From positions 104,594,001 to 104,658,000 of the forward strand of contig NC_088794.1 of NCBI RefSeq assembly GCF_011386835.1: 64,000 bases of DNA. The letters run 5' to 3'. The notes below the pieces were generated by a model, which did no database searches, was not told the DNA's origin, and saw nothing but the letters and a program-made list of their open reading frames with translations. Each line of letters opens with the position of its first letter. Position 1 is the first letter of the stretch. Below are positions 38,495 to 49,967 of the stretch, in pieces. A program made the position numbers and the translations under genes. This DNA is from Chrysemys picta bellii (Eukaryota).

Positions 38495-41400
38495 CGCTAC
38501 TATTCTGGATTTTAAAGCAATTTTCTGTAATTTGATTGAATTATACATCGTCTCTGCTACTTTTTTATTATTTCTATATTTTGGAATCCTATTTTCTGGA
38601 AAATTGCAGCTCTGTTCCTGTTTTGCTGTTTCTGAAGTAATGTACCCTTCTCTCAGATTTATAAATAGAGCGTCGTCCCTTCTGAAATGTGGAAAACCAT
38701 ATTTTTCAATCGTAAATCCTTAAAGATTTTGGTCTTAAAATCTGAGAGTCCAGAGGAACGCATATACAGTACCAGGATACTTTGCTCAATGTGGTGCTCT
38801 GTCGTATGAGAAGGCAGTACACAAACAGAAAAATGTTCCATGCATAATAGGGTTTGACCACTTTATTGTAATGATTTTGTTGTGCTTCTTGGGCTTCAAA
38901 ACAGAGGAACATGTCGAGACAAGCAGTTCAGTTTTTAATATTTATCAAGGGAGAATAGGTATAGACACAGTGCAACAGAAAAATATAACGCCAATTACAT
39001 TCCTCCAAGCAATTAGAGCAATTATCTGTATACTGTTCGTATGTTCTTTTTGGTGTCGATTACAGGTAACAAGTCCAAGAGGTACTTGACTTTCTTTAGG
39101 TATAGACTATAGATAGATAGACACACAAATGAACTGTTTACGTATGGAAATAATGCATATTAGAACGATGCAGCGCTCTCGGTTATTTCGCTCAGCGTTG
39201 CTGCAACATGCAGAGACGCATACATATAGTTTTACAAATAAATCAACATCTTAACACGATAAGCAACGATCTGTAATACGCTGATGCCAGAAAAAGCTCG
39301 AAGAATGATATAAAGACTCTCACAGTTGAATTTCATATGGCAAAATATGTATCCGCAACATAAAAAGTTGAACATGATTTGCAAATTGTTAGAATATGTG
39401 AAATGGTATTGCTTATATATTCTTAGAATGGCCAGACCTGAAGGTAGTCATTGTTCCTAATTCTTTGCATCTGAAAGTAAAAATAAGCATAGTAATTTAC
39501 AATCTCGGTTGCTTAATTTAAGAGCCAGTTAGTTGTATTTAACCTATAGCTGGTGGCGTCCATTTATGATAAAATCTCATTTATTTATTGCCGATCTATT
39601 ACTATTATGATGTATACTCAGAAAGATTAGTTGTACCCATCATGAGGAAAAATACTATCTATTTCTAAACTAATATAGTTTTATTCAATTATAATTTGGA
39701 ACTTTTTCTGAACATATAAATCTTCATACTATCCCATGATTATTGGTATTTGGAACTAAAAGCAGAAAATATTTTCCAATACGCTCCTTTTACTAATAAT
39801 ATTTTGTCGGTACCCAAAGGGGGAGCAGTTTATTTGCTTGAGTTTCCTGAGCTATCAAGTTATTTTTTAGATGTTCATGTCTCAATTAAAAATAACAACA
39901 TTCAACATTATTTTCCAAAAACTCCCTGAGAAACACAACCTGTGCCTGTGTGCGTATGTGCGTGTGCCCCATCTGAAAGGTGGAGACGAGAAAACACACA
40001 AAGGAGAAAGGTCTCTGGAGAATTGTTTCTTTCAATATTTTTCCTCTCTACATTGTCATTGCATGGAGAGTCTGTCTGCAGCCGCTTCGCTTTGTTGGAC
40101 AAATTAACGTCAAGGCAAAACTACAAACTCAGGTCTTTAGCGAAGCATAGTCCATGCTTGGTGGGAGGGACACAAACGGGATTTAACTTGTTGCCAGTAA
40201 TTTTTGTTTGCTTGCTTTTTTGTGTTTGTGCTAGGGCTTGAAAGAGAACAATTCAAGAAACAAAGCAAAAACAAAACAAACGCACAAAAAAGCAGGCTCT
40301 GTATGAAAGACATATCATATTATTAAAAATAATAAATGGAGACACCCACTGTTATGGGATGGTACCAACCCTTCCCAAAGAAACTTATTTAACAATGATA
40401 GCAGTTAGGATAAGGCAAAAAGAGTCTTTCCATCACCACCACCCCCACATCCCCAAGAAAGGAAGAAAACATGGAAACCGTTCTGCCCAATATGAAGTGT
40501 ATTAATAATAATGCACATAGAAAGTCAAATCCTGGTAGCCTTACTCACGCGAGTAGTCCCAAGAGGCAATCAAGAGTCGGTACGTACACAACTCCAGTCC
40601 TTCAAATTAGGGTAAATCCTATCCTGATACTTGTGATTTACCAGCCACAGTTACCGTATACTGTCTGAAATAGGCACCTTATACAGACGCAGCTCTTTCG
40701 TTTGAACCCAAAACATAGAGAAAGCTGAAGTTGTATGTGAAAGTGTAGAAGTTTACCTGGCTTGCAAGTGCCGTTTGGGTGCGTGCTTATGTTATCTATA
40801 TGTTTTATGTTGTCTATAGCATGTTGCTATCACTTGGCAGTGAGAAAGAATACTCAGCTTCTCTAGGGCCTAAAATCCTGGGTCCATAACTTAGCGTGTC
40901 CGATTGGGACTCTGTTAAGAAAAATATGTACTCTCTGCTTTGGAAAGAATGGCGCTGAGCCACCACAGCTATGGAACAGCTGTAGCAAATATGGCTAGTT
41001 GAAATGACCAGGTATAACGCTAAGAGATCTATGGAGCGTCATCTCGCTTCGAAAATTCCCCACCAGTCTATTTTTTTAAAGCGTCAGAATGAAATAACGT
41101 GTATGTGTGTGTGTTAGGGGGAGGGGGCTGGTGAATGTGTTATGTATTTCTTTTGAGTTAGTAACAGCTGTAAACGCAAAACATTTATATTTGTCATTTC
41201 CAAAATAGTACATTTTAGGAGCCTCAAGGTAGCATTTTGAAAGGATTATCCCGTGCGTGTTTGTTCCGAGGGCAGTCCAGCAGCAGCTAAAAGTCTCGGA
41301 GTAGAGCGCCGAGTTTTAAAATCTTTCTTGCTCCCTTAATTTTCATCACATGTTATCTCCGATTATTTAATTCAAGATGCTAGCTTTGGCAAGTTTATAT

Positions 41401-42950
41401 ATAATCAGACTTTCTGGCCAGGCATGTTTTAAGAATCGATCATAGAGATAAAGCGATTTCTTTAAATGTGCAGCATAGCATGCGACTTGAAACCTGCTTA
41501 CATTTTTCTGTGTATTTTGTTATCTTCTACATAGATTCTGGAGATAAATGTCACTGGTATTTTATTATTATCATTATCATTATCATTATCCCTGTATTTC
41601 CCCTGTGAGATAGAAAGAACTTTTGCTGTACTCTGTGGAGCATATTTAATGTATGCATGTGTTTGTAGACAGATACACAAAATACTATTGATAATTCGGA
41701 TTCCGAAGAAAATTCAATCAATATCTTAACATTAAAGTTAATATTTAATACAAATGTGAGAATATTCTGTCTCAGTTACGAGCAACTCAACAATTGCCAG
41801 GTTATGAACACTCAAACACTTATTAATCTGATAAGATTATGAACGTTTAACATCGGATCTCTAGCTTTATTTTGATTGGATTGGATTAGATTTAGATTTC
41901 TTTCTACTCTGTATACCCGCAGTGAGAAATGTATGCTTTATAATGTTTACTCGTCTCTGTTTCTGTCACCCCTAATTCTATCTTGTTTCACGCTCACAAC
42001 ATCGATAAACGCTTCTGTCCCCGACAGCAATGGTTTCCCATTTCCAAGTTTTCCTCCCTCTAGCATGCGCTAGAAACTTAAATAAATTAGAGGAACCTTT
42101 TAAACATGGTTGATTGCTTTCATTGTTTTAATGCTATCTGTCCTGGAGTTGGATAGACTCCTCCTTATACAGTATACAGTGCCCTACTGGCAGTTCTTTC
42201 TTTATGGTACAGTGCAGCTTCTCAAAAGATCATCGAATGAGAAATTTAGCTCTCCTTGAAACATTTAACAACAGAGTAGGTCACCCCTTCGGCGGGAGGG
42301 GGGAAGGGGTTGAGGAGGTGGGATTATAAAAAGTGGGGCCAAGGGGAAAAAATCACACAAGTGGGCCAAAAACAACGGGGAGGGGACCTTAAAATGTTTG
42401 TATTTAAAGGGTACTTGCAGGGTCTTCGGCACAATATATGCTGCTCTCCTTAAAGGGGCTCCCAGTGCCAATAACCATTAGTCATCCAGTAGGAACTTTT
42501 CATTACAGATCTATCATTAGGGGGAGTTCCCCCGACGTCTCGTGAAGAAACCCGGCAGTGGATTTCAAAATGATCCAGTTTGATTCGCTTAGTGCCTACG
42601 GACCTGCTTCAATAGACTGGAGAGATACTCACCAGAGTTTAAGGAAGTGCCTGGATCGCCCAATGGTCTTTGCCGCATCCATTTCCTCTGTGGATTCCTA
42701 GCTTGCATCCGAAGTAGCTCCCAGTCTATCCTTGAAGTTAGCATTTATGGTACTGTATCTCATATAGGAGGCTCTCCCAGAGAATTTTTTTCCCAGGTTT
42801 TCAAGCAAATTTCCCTGTGCCACAATGTTATGATGGAAGGATGCTGAAATGACAGGCCTCGCAGACGCTTGTCTTAATCATCGGCTTCTTAATTTAGTTT
42901 TAGTGCTGCGGTTTTGTGTGTGCGTGTGCGCGCAAGAGAAGCGCCTGACA

Positions 42951-43098
42951 NNNNNNNNNNNNNNNNNNNNNNNNNNNNNNNNNNNNNNNNNNNNNNNNNN
43001 NNNNNNNNNNNNNNNNNNNNNNNNNNNNNNNNNNNNNNNNNNNNNNNNNNNNNNNNNNNNNNNNNNNNNNNNNNNNNNNNNNNNNNNNNNNNNNNNNN
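42951..43098. other. N-run (148 bp)
   Basis: Seen directly. Confidence 0.99.
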
Positions 43099-43245
43099 GA
43101 TACAACACGCTAAATAGAGTAACTTCTAATCACTTAAATGTTAGCACCATTACCAGCTGTTAGGGATTACATGAGAGTTGGCTAGAGAGAGGACACCTAT
43201 ACATTACTGTATATATGTAAACATATCGGTGCATCATAGTAATTA

Positions 43246-43267
43246 ATCTATCTATCTATCTATCTAT
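43246..43267 (+). repeat. (ATCT)n microsatellite
   Basis: Seen directly. Confidence 0.9.
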
Positions 43268-44236
43268 CTTCAAAATGTTTGACACATATTGTTTTTAGTG
43301 CATTGGTACATACATATCTGAAATGTCCTATAAGCAAGGTATCAGTGGATGGTTAGGCTGGTTTGCAAGTAGCGCTTACTTTAATTGTTCAGGGAACATG
43401 AAACAAATAAGGGAAGCGTATACCCACCGGGGCAAATATAGAGCGCTTGATTGTATTTAATATGGCATTATTTGGATGTTAAAATGAAGTGTTCTGACTC
43501 GTTTCATGGATGCATGATGTCATCGAAGCCTGGATATTAAACACCCTTTATTCATGGCGGAAGAAACTCTATTTCATTTTTAAGATGTCATTACATTTGA
43601 CCAGCTTGTAAGGTCTTTGGACTATGGTATCTCTACCATCTTCTGAAAGCAAGCAAACAAACAGAAAACGTACAACTTAAGCACATGAAGAATACGTTTA
43701 CTCTGTACCTGGATTCATTCAGGTTACTGGATGGTACGATTTTACCTGGGTCTTTAAAATAAATTAAGAATAAAGGGAGAATGGCCAAACATAGACAAAT
43801 AAATAATCGAAGCACTGTATGGAAAGTACTGGTACGCGGAATTTCAGCTAGAATATTTAGTTAATTCTTTATCCTCTGAATTAGATATTGTTTTCCATTT
43901 TCTCATTCTATTCCTTATCAAATGAGTATATCTGTTCAAGATGTTAAATTAATCTGTAATAGGTACATCAGGTGAATATACACCAACAATGAGTGTGCAC
44001 TGCTGAACGGAAATACACGTCACACAAAGAGCTGAGTAACACTCTTTGCGCCTGTTATTCACGTTTGTAGTTCTTGGCTTGCGCAGGTAACACTACTCTT
44101 CCCAGCTCTTATTCTCAGGTATTCCACATGGGCTTCCAGTTTAGAAAATACTTCCCTTCGAGGCACTCTCAAAATAACTCCTAATCTTGCCATAGTCTTG
44201 GGGTCAAGTCACCCAGTCATCATTCCGTTGTGATCT

Positions 44237-44309
44237 AGGCAAAGCTGCCACTGAAGCGAATGGGAACTCTGTCTGGGTCAGGTCTAAGAAAAGAGTTTAG
44301 GGTTTGGCC
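44237..44309. mobile_element. Chompy-like palindromic remnant
   Basis: AGGCAAAGCTGCCACTGAAGCGAATGGGAACTCTGTCTG...AGGGTTTGGCC. Confidence 0.45.
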
Positions 44310-44959
44310 ATTAGACGAGCACATTCTGCATTTCCAAAGTAAATATCTATATGCACAGCTCTATAAACTGAGAATTTTCTGTGGAGGAAAAAATTAGACA
44401 GGCCTGTAAGTTAAAGTCCGTCAGAGATAATAATTGATGCGGCTTCTATTACATATCTTCTTGTCTCCTGTAAACAATGAATGAAACCTTCACGGCCTTA
44501 GAAAGATACGTCTTACATTTTGGAAGCAGAATTTCCTTTTTAGGGAGAATTGCATACCCTTGGTATTAAAAAATAATATAATAAATCCTAAATTTGGGTA
44601 CAATGCTTTATTTTACAGCCATGACAAATGGCTGGACACTAAATTTAGATTATTAGGCATTTTAAAAGCACGTTTCTCTCGTTATTAAACCCTGGTTCAG
44701 AAATTCAATATGACGAAATGTTTATTTTTTTCCCTGCTACATTTTCATCCTCGGTCACAACGCAATGTAAACGCAGCTTTGACCTAAGAAACCCCTCAGA
44801 GCATTAACATTTCAACAGGCGATGTCAGTGTTATATTAAACGACATCTCCTCCAGTTTGCTGCAGAGCAGAGATTTGAATAAAACGTTCAATGTTAACAA
44901 ACAATACACACGTTTGGCACTTTGTGTATTAAATGGATCAAAGAGATTTGATAAGGCAC

Positions 44960-45339
44960 NNNNNNNNNNNNNNNNNNNNNNNNNNNNNNNNNNNNNNNNN
45001 NNNNNNNNNNNNNNNNNNNNNNNNNNNNNNNNNNNNNNNNNNNNNNNNNNNNNNNNNNNNNNNNNNNNNNNNNNNNNNNNNNNNNNNNNNNNNNNNNNNN
45101 NNNNNNNNNNNNNNNNNNNNNNNNNNNNNNNNNNNNNNNNNNNNNNNNNNNNNNNNNNNNNNNNNNNNNNNNNNNNNNNNNNNNNNNNNNNNNNNNNNNN
45201 NNNNNNNNNNNNNNNNNNNNNNNNNNNNNNNNNNNNNNNNNNNNNNNNNNNNNNNNNNNNNNNNNNNNNNNNNNNNNNNNNNNNNNNNNNNNNNNNNNNN
45301 NNNNNNNNNNNNNNNNNNNNNNNNNNNNNNNNNNNNNNN
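44960..45339. other. N-run (380 bp)
   Basis: Seen directly. Confidence 0.99.
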
Positions 45340-45774
45340 TTGCACCGAATCATTACATGCTAGACAGAGTAAGAAAATGCACTGGGCCCAGCCACCCAAA
45401 AGGGATCCCATGCACCATAATAATACATATTAAATGTACATCATCATTATCATATGCACAGACCTTACCTTTCCTCTGACCCTGTCCTATCAGAGGATCA
45501 TGCCATAGTCCACTCCACAAGTTTTCTGAAGAATTCCAATACATTGGATACAGTGCTGTGCATTGACATGATTATCATTTGAAACGATTAAAAATACGAA
45601 AACATTTCTCTTTTAAAAAGTTTGATCATTGACTTATTTTTTTTTTGTCAGTAGCGATCTGTTACGAAATAGGATAAATAAATACAATCGCGGTAAGGTC
45701 ATTCGAGGTTAATCCAATGCACAGAGTTCATGCCATCCCCAATTGCAATCGTTTATTATTGGCCAATTGTAATT

Positions 45775-45776
<2 letters not shown>

Positions 45777-45834
<58 letters not shown>

Positions 45835-45836
45835 AC
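45777..45836 (+). repeat. Compound (TC)n(AC)n microsatellite
   Basis: Seen directly. Confidence 0.97.
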
Positions 45837-47321
45837 GTATTCGTTGCTACCTGAGTTCAAACCTGAGTTTACATAGGATGAATTGCATTTATTAGAATTG
45901 AACTTTTCACATATTTTTACTGCATTGTTCTTTTTTTTCTTTTACCCGCCATAATCCTAGAGAAGAAGCACACAAGTGTAAGGTATTTATGCAGTGATAG
46001 AGAGTAAAATGTCTGTTGCCCTTTTTTATTGTTTTGTTTTTAATGTGATCCATATCTCGGTGATATTTTGCCCTTCTGCTTCCTCAGTAAAAAAAGCCTG
46101 TGTGTTTCAAGCCTAAAGTAAGGAAGGATTTGATCTGGATGACTAACACTGAATTCCTGTCCCCAGGAAATCTTAGCCGTAAACTCACTTCTTTCCCATC
46201 GTATTTATTTAAAGAACGTTAGTGGGAAAGGAGCGGTACAAGATCATTTTATTTAACCCAGCAGCACCGAACTCATTATCGTCCCAGCCTCTTCTGCCCC
46301 CCTCCCCCCTCCACCCAAACAAGAATAAGAACAGCAGAACCACAACATCACGGATCGCAAAAACAAAGACAACAAATTGCAACTCATAGTGTGTGGATTA
46401 TTTATATAGCTATTTCATGTATACATATCTGTACATGGCCTACTTTTTTTTTCGGCTGAAAACAAACGCGGTGAAAAGAAGAAAAAACCAGACAACAAGA
46501 AGTGCCATACGTTGATGTTCAAAACAAACACCTTCAAGGAAGGAGCATTTCCCAGGGAGAAAGAATGGCGGGGAACATTTCCGATTGAAGTGAAACTTTA
46601 AAGTGGCAATGAGACGCAGAGAATGAAATTAAGAAGAGAGAAGGTTACAGGCAAATCCTTACAACGTCCATTATTTTCAGTCTTATCTCCCCCCACCCCC
46701 TCCACACACACCTTGTTTTTATCTCCTCCCCTCCCCCATCCATCATTTTAACTCACACATTTCGGAGATTAACAAACAAGAGAGTAATGGCCCACACGGC
46801 TGCGAGTGTCAAGTGCACCATAATGGGGTGGAAGTAGCCGCGGCTCGTTTCTTCCCCGAAAGGCCGATGCGCAGGACCCCGAGTGCCCCTGGATCAAAAT
46901 CACGTCCTATTATCCCTGCTTTCCCGGGAGAGGACGGAGACGCAAGGCGGGTTGTAAGTAAATCTTTCCTTCTCTCCCCCAAAAGAAACAGCCCCCTGCG
47001 ACATAAAACCAACAGAGCAAAACAAACATACCCGGGGGGAGGTGAACAAACCATCACAAAACATGTTTCTAAAGCAAGCTCCAAAAAATATTTGTCCCTT
47101 AAAACTGATGTTTTCAGAAGTAAAAACTAATCAACACAAGGGGCCTAAAAGAATACACTGCGCCGAGAGACAGTGCCTGGCTCCGCAAAGTAGTACCTCT
47201 CCTCTCCCAGCCCCACCACCACCATTGCCTTCTCATGCCCCCTCCCCCAACCTCTCACCTTCCTCTCCTTAAAAAAAAAAGATAGAAGCAAACTTTAATC
47301 GCTTAGAAAAAATATTGAGGT

Positions 47322-47414
47322 ATAAAACTAAAATTATCCAAAACACTGGGATGGGGAAATGTTGGTTAAAGAGGAGTGGAGTGTAGGGGAGAGGGAAGAA
47401 TGAGAAAGGTAAGC
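47322..47414 (+). promoter_or_regulatory. Candidate TATA box plus short upstream exon ending at a 5' splice donor
   Basis: TATAAAA at 47322-47328; AAG|GTAAGC donor with GT at 47409-47410; no transcript evidence available. Confidence 0.35.
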
Positions 47415-47541
47415 CTCCGCGGCGATGCGTCCTTCCCCTGGTATCCCTGCGCGGCAGGGGGCTTTGGCGGTGCTTGGAGGGTGGGGGGAGCAGGAGGAGG
47501 AGAGAGAAGGGGTGAGGGAAGAGGAGGAGAGGGGAGTCCTG

Positions 47542-47670
47542 ATTGGCTGGCTCCGGGAGAGACGCTCCTGCACGCCGAGGTTTCTGATTGGGCGACCGGT
47601 GGAAAAGGTTAAACCAAAAATTTTTTTACAGCCCTAGCGTGTGTCTGTAGCTCTGAAATTAATTGTGGCT
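47542..47670 (+). promoter_or_regulatory. FOXG1 proximal promoter: two reverse CCAAT boxes and probable TSS
   Basis: CTGATTGG twice (ATTGG at 47542-47546 and 47587-47591); AATTGTGGCT at 47661 matches the start of the human FOXG1 mRNA as recalled. Confidence 0.6.
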
Positions 47671-47770
47671 AAAGCTGTCTCTATAGCTGCCTCTGCTGCT
47701 CTGCGCCGCCGACCCGCCCGGCTGCTGCTGTCCCCCCCGGGCTCTGGTGGAAGCGGGGGGACCGGGCACC

Positions 47771-47785
47771 ATGCAGGAGTGCTGA
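47771..47785 (+). promoter_or_regulatory. Short upstream ORF (MQEC*)
   Basis: GCACC-ATG-CAG-GAG-TGC-TGA with A at -3; the first of only two ATGs in the proximal leader. Confidence 0.6.
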
Positions 47786-47829
47786 ACGGGGCTGTGATTG
47801 TGCTCAGTGGCTCCGAGCGGGGATCGGGG

Positions 47830-47886
47830 TTTGTTTTTCCTCTTCCCTCCCCGGCGGCTCCTGTCCTTGCTACATGCCTTGCCAGC
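47830..47886 (+). promoter_or_regulatory. Candidate 3' splice acceptor in the FOXG1 leader
   Basis: Polypyrimidine tract 47830-47852, 66-nt AG-free zone (47818-47883), then CCAG|C at 47882-47886. Confidence 0.45.
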
Positions 47887-48065
47887 GCCTGCGACTGCGG
47901 TCCAACTGCACTGCTGCTGCTCCAGCCCGGGGTGCCGCCACCTCGCTGCCCAGCGCGGCCGCCGCCGCCACCTCTACCGCCACCGCCACCCCGAGCGCTG
48001 CTCACTGGGCCGCTGCAGCAACTTTCCCCCACAGACTAGTGTGTGATGTTGGACATGGGAGATAG
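47874..48065 (+). CDS. Out-of-frame overlapping upstream ORF, 63 aa ([12 protein letters not shown]...DVGHGR)
   Basis: ATG at 47874 (weak context, T at -3), 172 nt before the main ATG; stop TAG at 48063-48065 inside the FOXG1 CDS. Translation not demonstrated. Confidence 0.45.
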   Translation: MPCQRLRLRSNCTAAAPARGAATSLPSAAAAATSTATATPSAAHWAAAATFPHRLVCDVGHGR

Positions 48066-49446
48066 GAAGGAAGTGAAAATGCTGCCGAAATCCTCCTTTA
48101 GCATAAACAGCCTGGTGCCCGAAGCCGTCCAGAGCGACAACAACCACAACAGCCACAGCCACCACCACAACAGCCACCACCCCCACCACCACCACCATCA
48201 CCACCACCACCACCACCACCCGCAGCAGCAGCCCCAGCGAGCTGCCCCGGCCGAGGAGGAAGAGGAGAAGAGCCAGCTCCTCCTGCAGCCCCCCGTGGTG
48301 GCGGCGGCAGCTGCGGCTGCGGCCACCACCTCTGGCACCTTGGAGGTGGCCAAGGAGATCCTGCCGGGCAAGGGGGAGCCGGGCTCGGCCTCGGCAGCCG
48401 CAGAGCTGGAGGAGAAGGAGAAAGCGGCGGCGGCGGAGGAGAAGAAGGGGGCGGCGGAGGGGGGCAAGGAAGGGGAGAGCGGCAAGGAAGGGGAGAAGAA
48501 GAACGGCAAGTACGAGAAGCCCCCGTTCAGCTACAACGCGCTGATCATGATGGCCATCCGGCAGAGCCCCGAGAAGCGCCTCACCCTCAACGGCATCTAC
48601 GAGTTTATCATGAAGAACTTCCCCTACTACCGGGAGAATAAGCAGGGCTGGCAGAACTCCATCCGCCACAACCTCTCCCTCAATAAGTGCTTCGTCAAGG
48701 TGCCCCGCCACTACGACGACCCGGGCAAAGGGAACTACTGGATGTTGGACCCTTCCTCCGACGACGTCTTCATTGGGGGGACCACGGGCAAGCTCCGCAG
48801 GAGATCCACCACCTCCCGGGCCAAGCTGGCTTTCAAGCGAGGCGCTCGGCTCACCTCCACCGGACTGACATTCATGGATAGGGCTGGATCTTTGTATTGG
48901 CCTATGTCCCCTTTCCTCTCCCTGCACCACCCCCGGGCCAGCAGCACTTTGAGTTACAATGGGACCACGTCCGCCTACCCCAGCCACCCCATGCCCTACA
49001 GTTCAGTGTTGACTCAAAACTCTTTGGGAAACAACCACTCCTTTTCCACGTCTAATGGGTTAAGTGTTGATAGACTAGTCAATGGAGAGATACCTTATGC
49101 CACTCATCACCTCACAGCAGCAGCTCTGGCCGCCTCAGTGCCATGTGGCTTGTCAGTCCCCTGCTCTGGCACCTATTCCCTAAACCCTTGCTCTGTAAAC
49201 CTTCTAGCAGGACAGACAAGTTACTTTTTCCCCCATGTTCCTCACCCTTCAATGACTTCTCAAAGCAGCACTTCAATGACGGCCAGGGCAGCCTCCTCCT
49301 CCACGTCTCCACAGGCGCCCTCCACTCTCCCTTGTGAGTCCTTAAGACCTTCTTTGCCAAGTTTTACAACAGGACTTTCCGGGGGACTTTCTGATTATTT
49401 CACACATCAGAATCAGGGGTCTTCTTCAAACCCTTTAATACATTAA
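48046..49446 (+). CDS. FOXG1: Forkhead box protein G1 (BF-1/Qin), intronless CDS, 466 aa
   Basis: [12 protein letters not shown] start; eh1-like FSINSLV (48097-48117); His12 tract; forkhead domain [38 protein letters not shown]... (about 48517-48804); Groucho-binding YWPMSPF (48895-48915); C-terminus [10 protein letters not shown]. The true start is ATG 48046, not the track's GTG at 48043. Confidence 0.99.
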   Translation: MLDMGDRKEVKMLPKSSFSINSLVPEAVQSDNNHNSHSHHHNSHHPHHHHHHHHHHHHPQQQPQRAAPAEEEEEKSQLLLQPPVVAAAAAAAATTSGTLEVAKEILPGKGEPGSASAAAELEEKEKAAAAEEKKGAAEGGKEGESGKEGEKKNGKYEKPPFSYNALIMMAIRQSPEKRLTLNGIYEFIMKNFPYYRENKQGWQNSIRHNLSLNKCFVKVPRHYDDPGKGNYWMLDPSSDDVFIGGTTGKLRRRSTTSRAKLAFKRGARLTSTGLTFMDRAGSLYWPMSPFLSLHHPRASSTLSYNGTTSAYPSHPMPYSSVLTQNSLGNNHSFSTSNGLSVDRLVNGEIPYATHHLTAAALAASVPCGLSVPCSGTYSLNPCSVNLLAGQTSYFFPHVPHPSMTSQSSTSMTARAASSSTSPQAPSTLPCESLRPSLPSFTTGLSGGLSDYFTHQNQGSSSNPLIH

Positions 49447-49756
49447 CATCCATGGGACCAGACTGTAAGTGAACATTTTACACACATTTGCATTGTAAAT
49501 GATAATTAAAAGAAAAACAGAAAAGTCCAGGTATTTTTTATTAAGTCCCCCATTTTCTGTACGTTTGTTCAGTCTTTAGGGTTGTTTATTATTCCAACAA
49601 GGTGAGAAATGTCAGCAAGGTGCAATGTGGGGAGATGACATTGTAGACTATGAAGTTTGGAAGTCAAAATTATAGTAGAATGTGTATCTAAATAGTGACT
49701 GCTTTGCAATTTTTATTCAAAAGTCTATCCCTAAACCTCCAGATTTTCCATGTTTG

Positions 49757-49764
49757 CAGTATTA
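49757..49764 (+). promoter_or_regulatory. miR-200b/c/429 8mer site
   Basis: CAGTATTA is the complement of seed AAUACUG plus A1. Confidence 0.7.
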
Positions 49765-49959
49765 TAAGTTATCATGGATATGTTGGTGGATGCAGACCTT
49801 GAAAAAATACTAAATTTATTAAAACAATGAAAAAATTAAAATGTAATTTGTATTTAAGCAGAAGTAATAGTAAAAGATGCCCAAGAACTACATTTTGGCC
49901 ATTGATTATTTTGTCCTTTTCTTTAATGAGCTGATTTTTTGATTTTTGTTTACTTTTAG

Positions 49960-49967
49960 ACCAAAGA
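49960..49967 (+). promoter_or_regulatory. miR-9-5p 8mer site
   Basis: ACCAAAGA is the complement of seed CUUUGGU plus A1; miR-9 repression of FoxG1 is established. Confidence 0.8.

Larger units (their letters stand above)
46790..48900. promoter_or_regulatory. CpG island spanning the FOXG1 promoter, leader and 5' half of the CDS
   Basis: High GC and CpG density by inspection; boundaries approximate. Confidence 0.8.

Noticed and set aside
47641-48045. In-frame N-terminal extension of FOXG1 (132-aa GTG ORF, or GTG start at 48043)
   Set aside because: An in-frame TAG at 48037-48039 blocks extension; the conserved protein starts MLDM at ATG 48046.
47974-48987. 337-aa antisense ORF
   Set aside because: It is the shadow of the high-GC3 FOXG1 coding strand and ends about where GC3 falls; no independent features.
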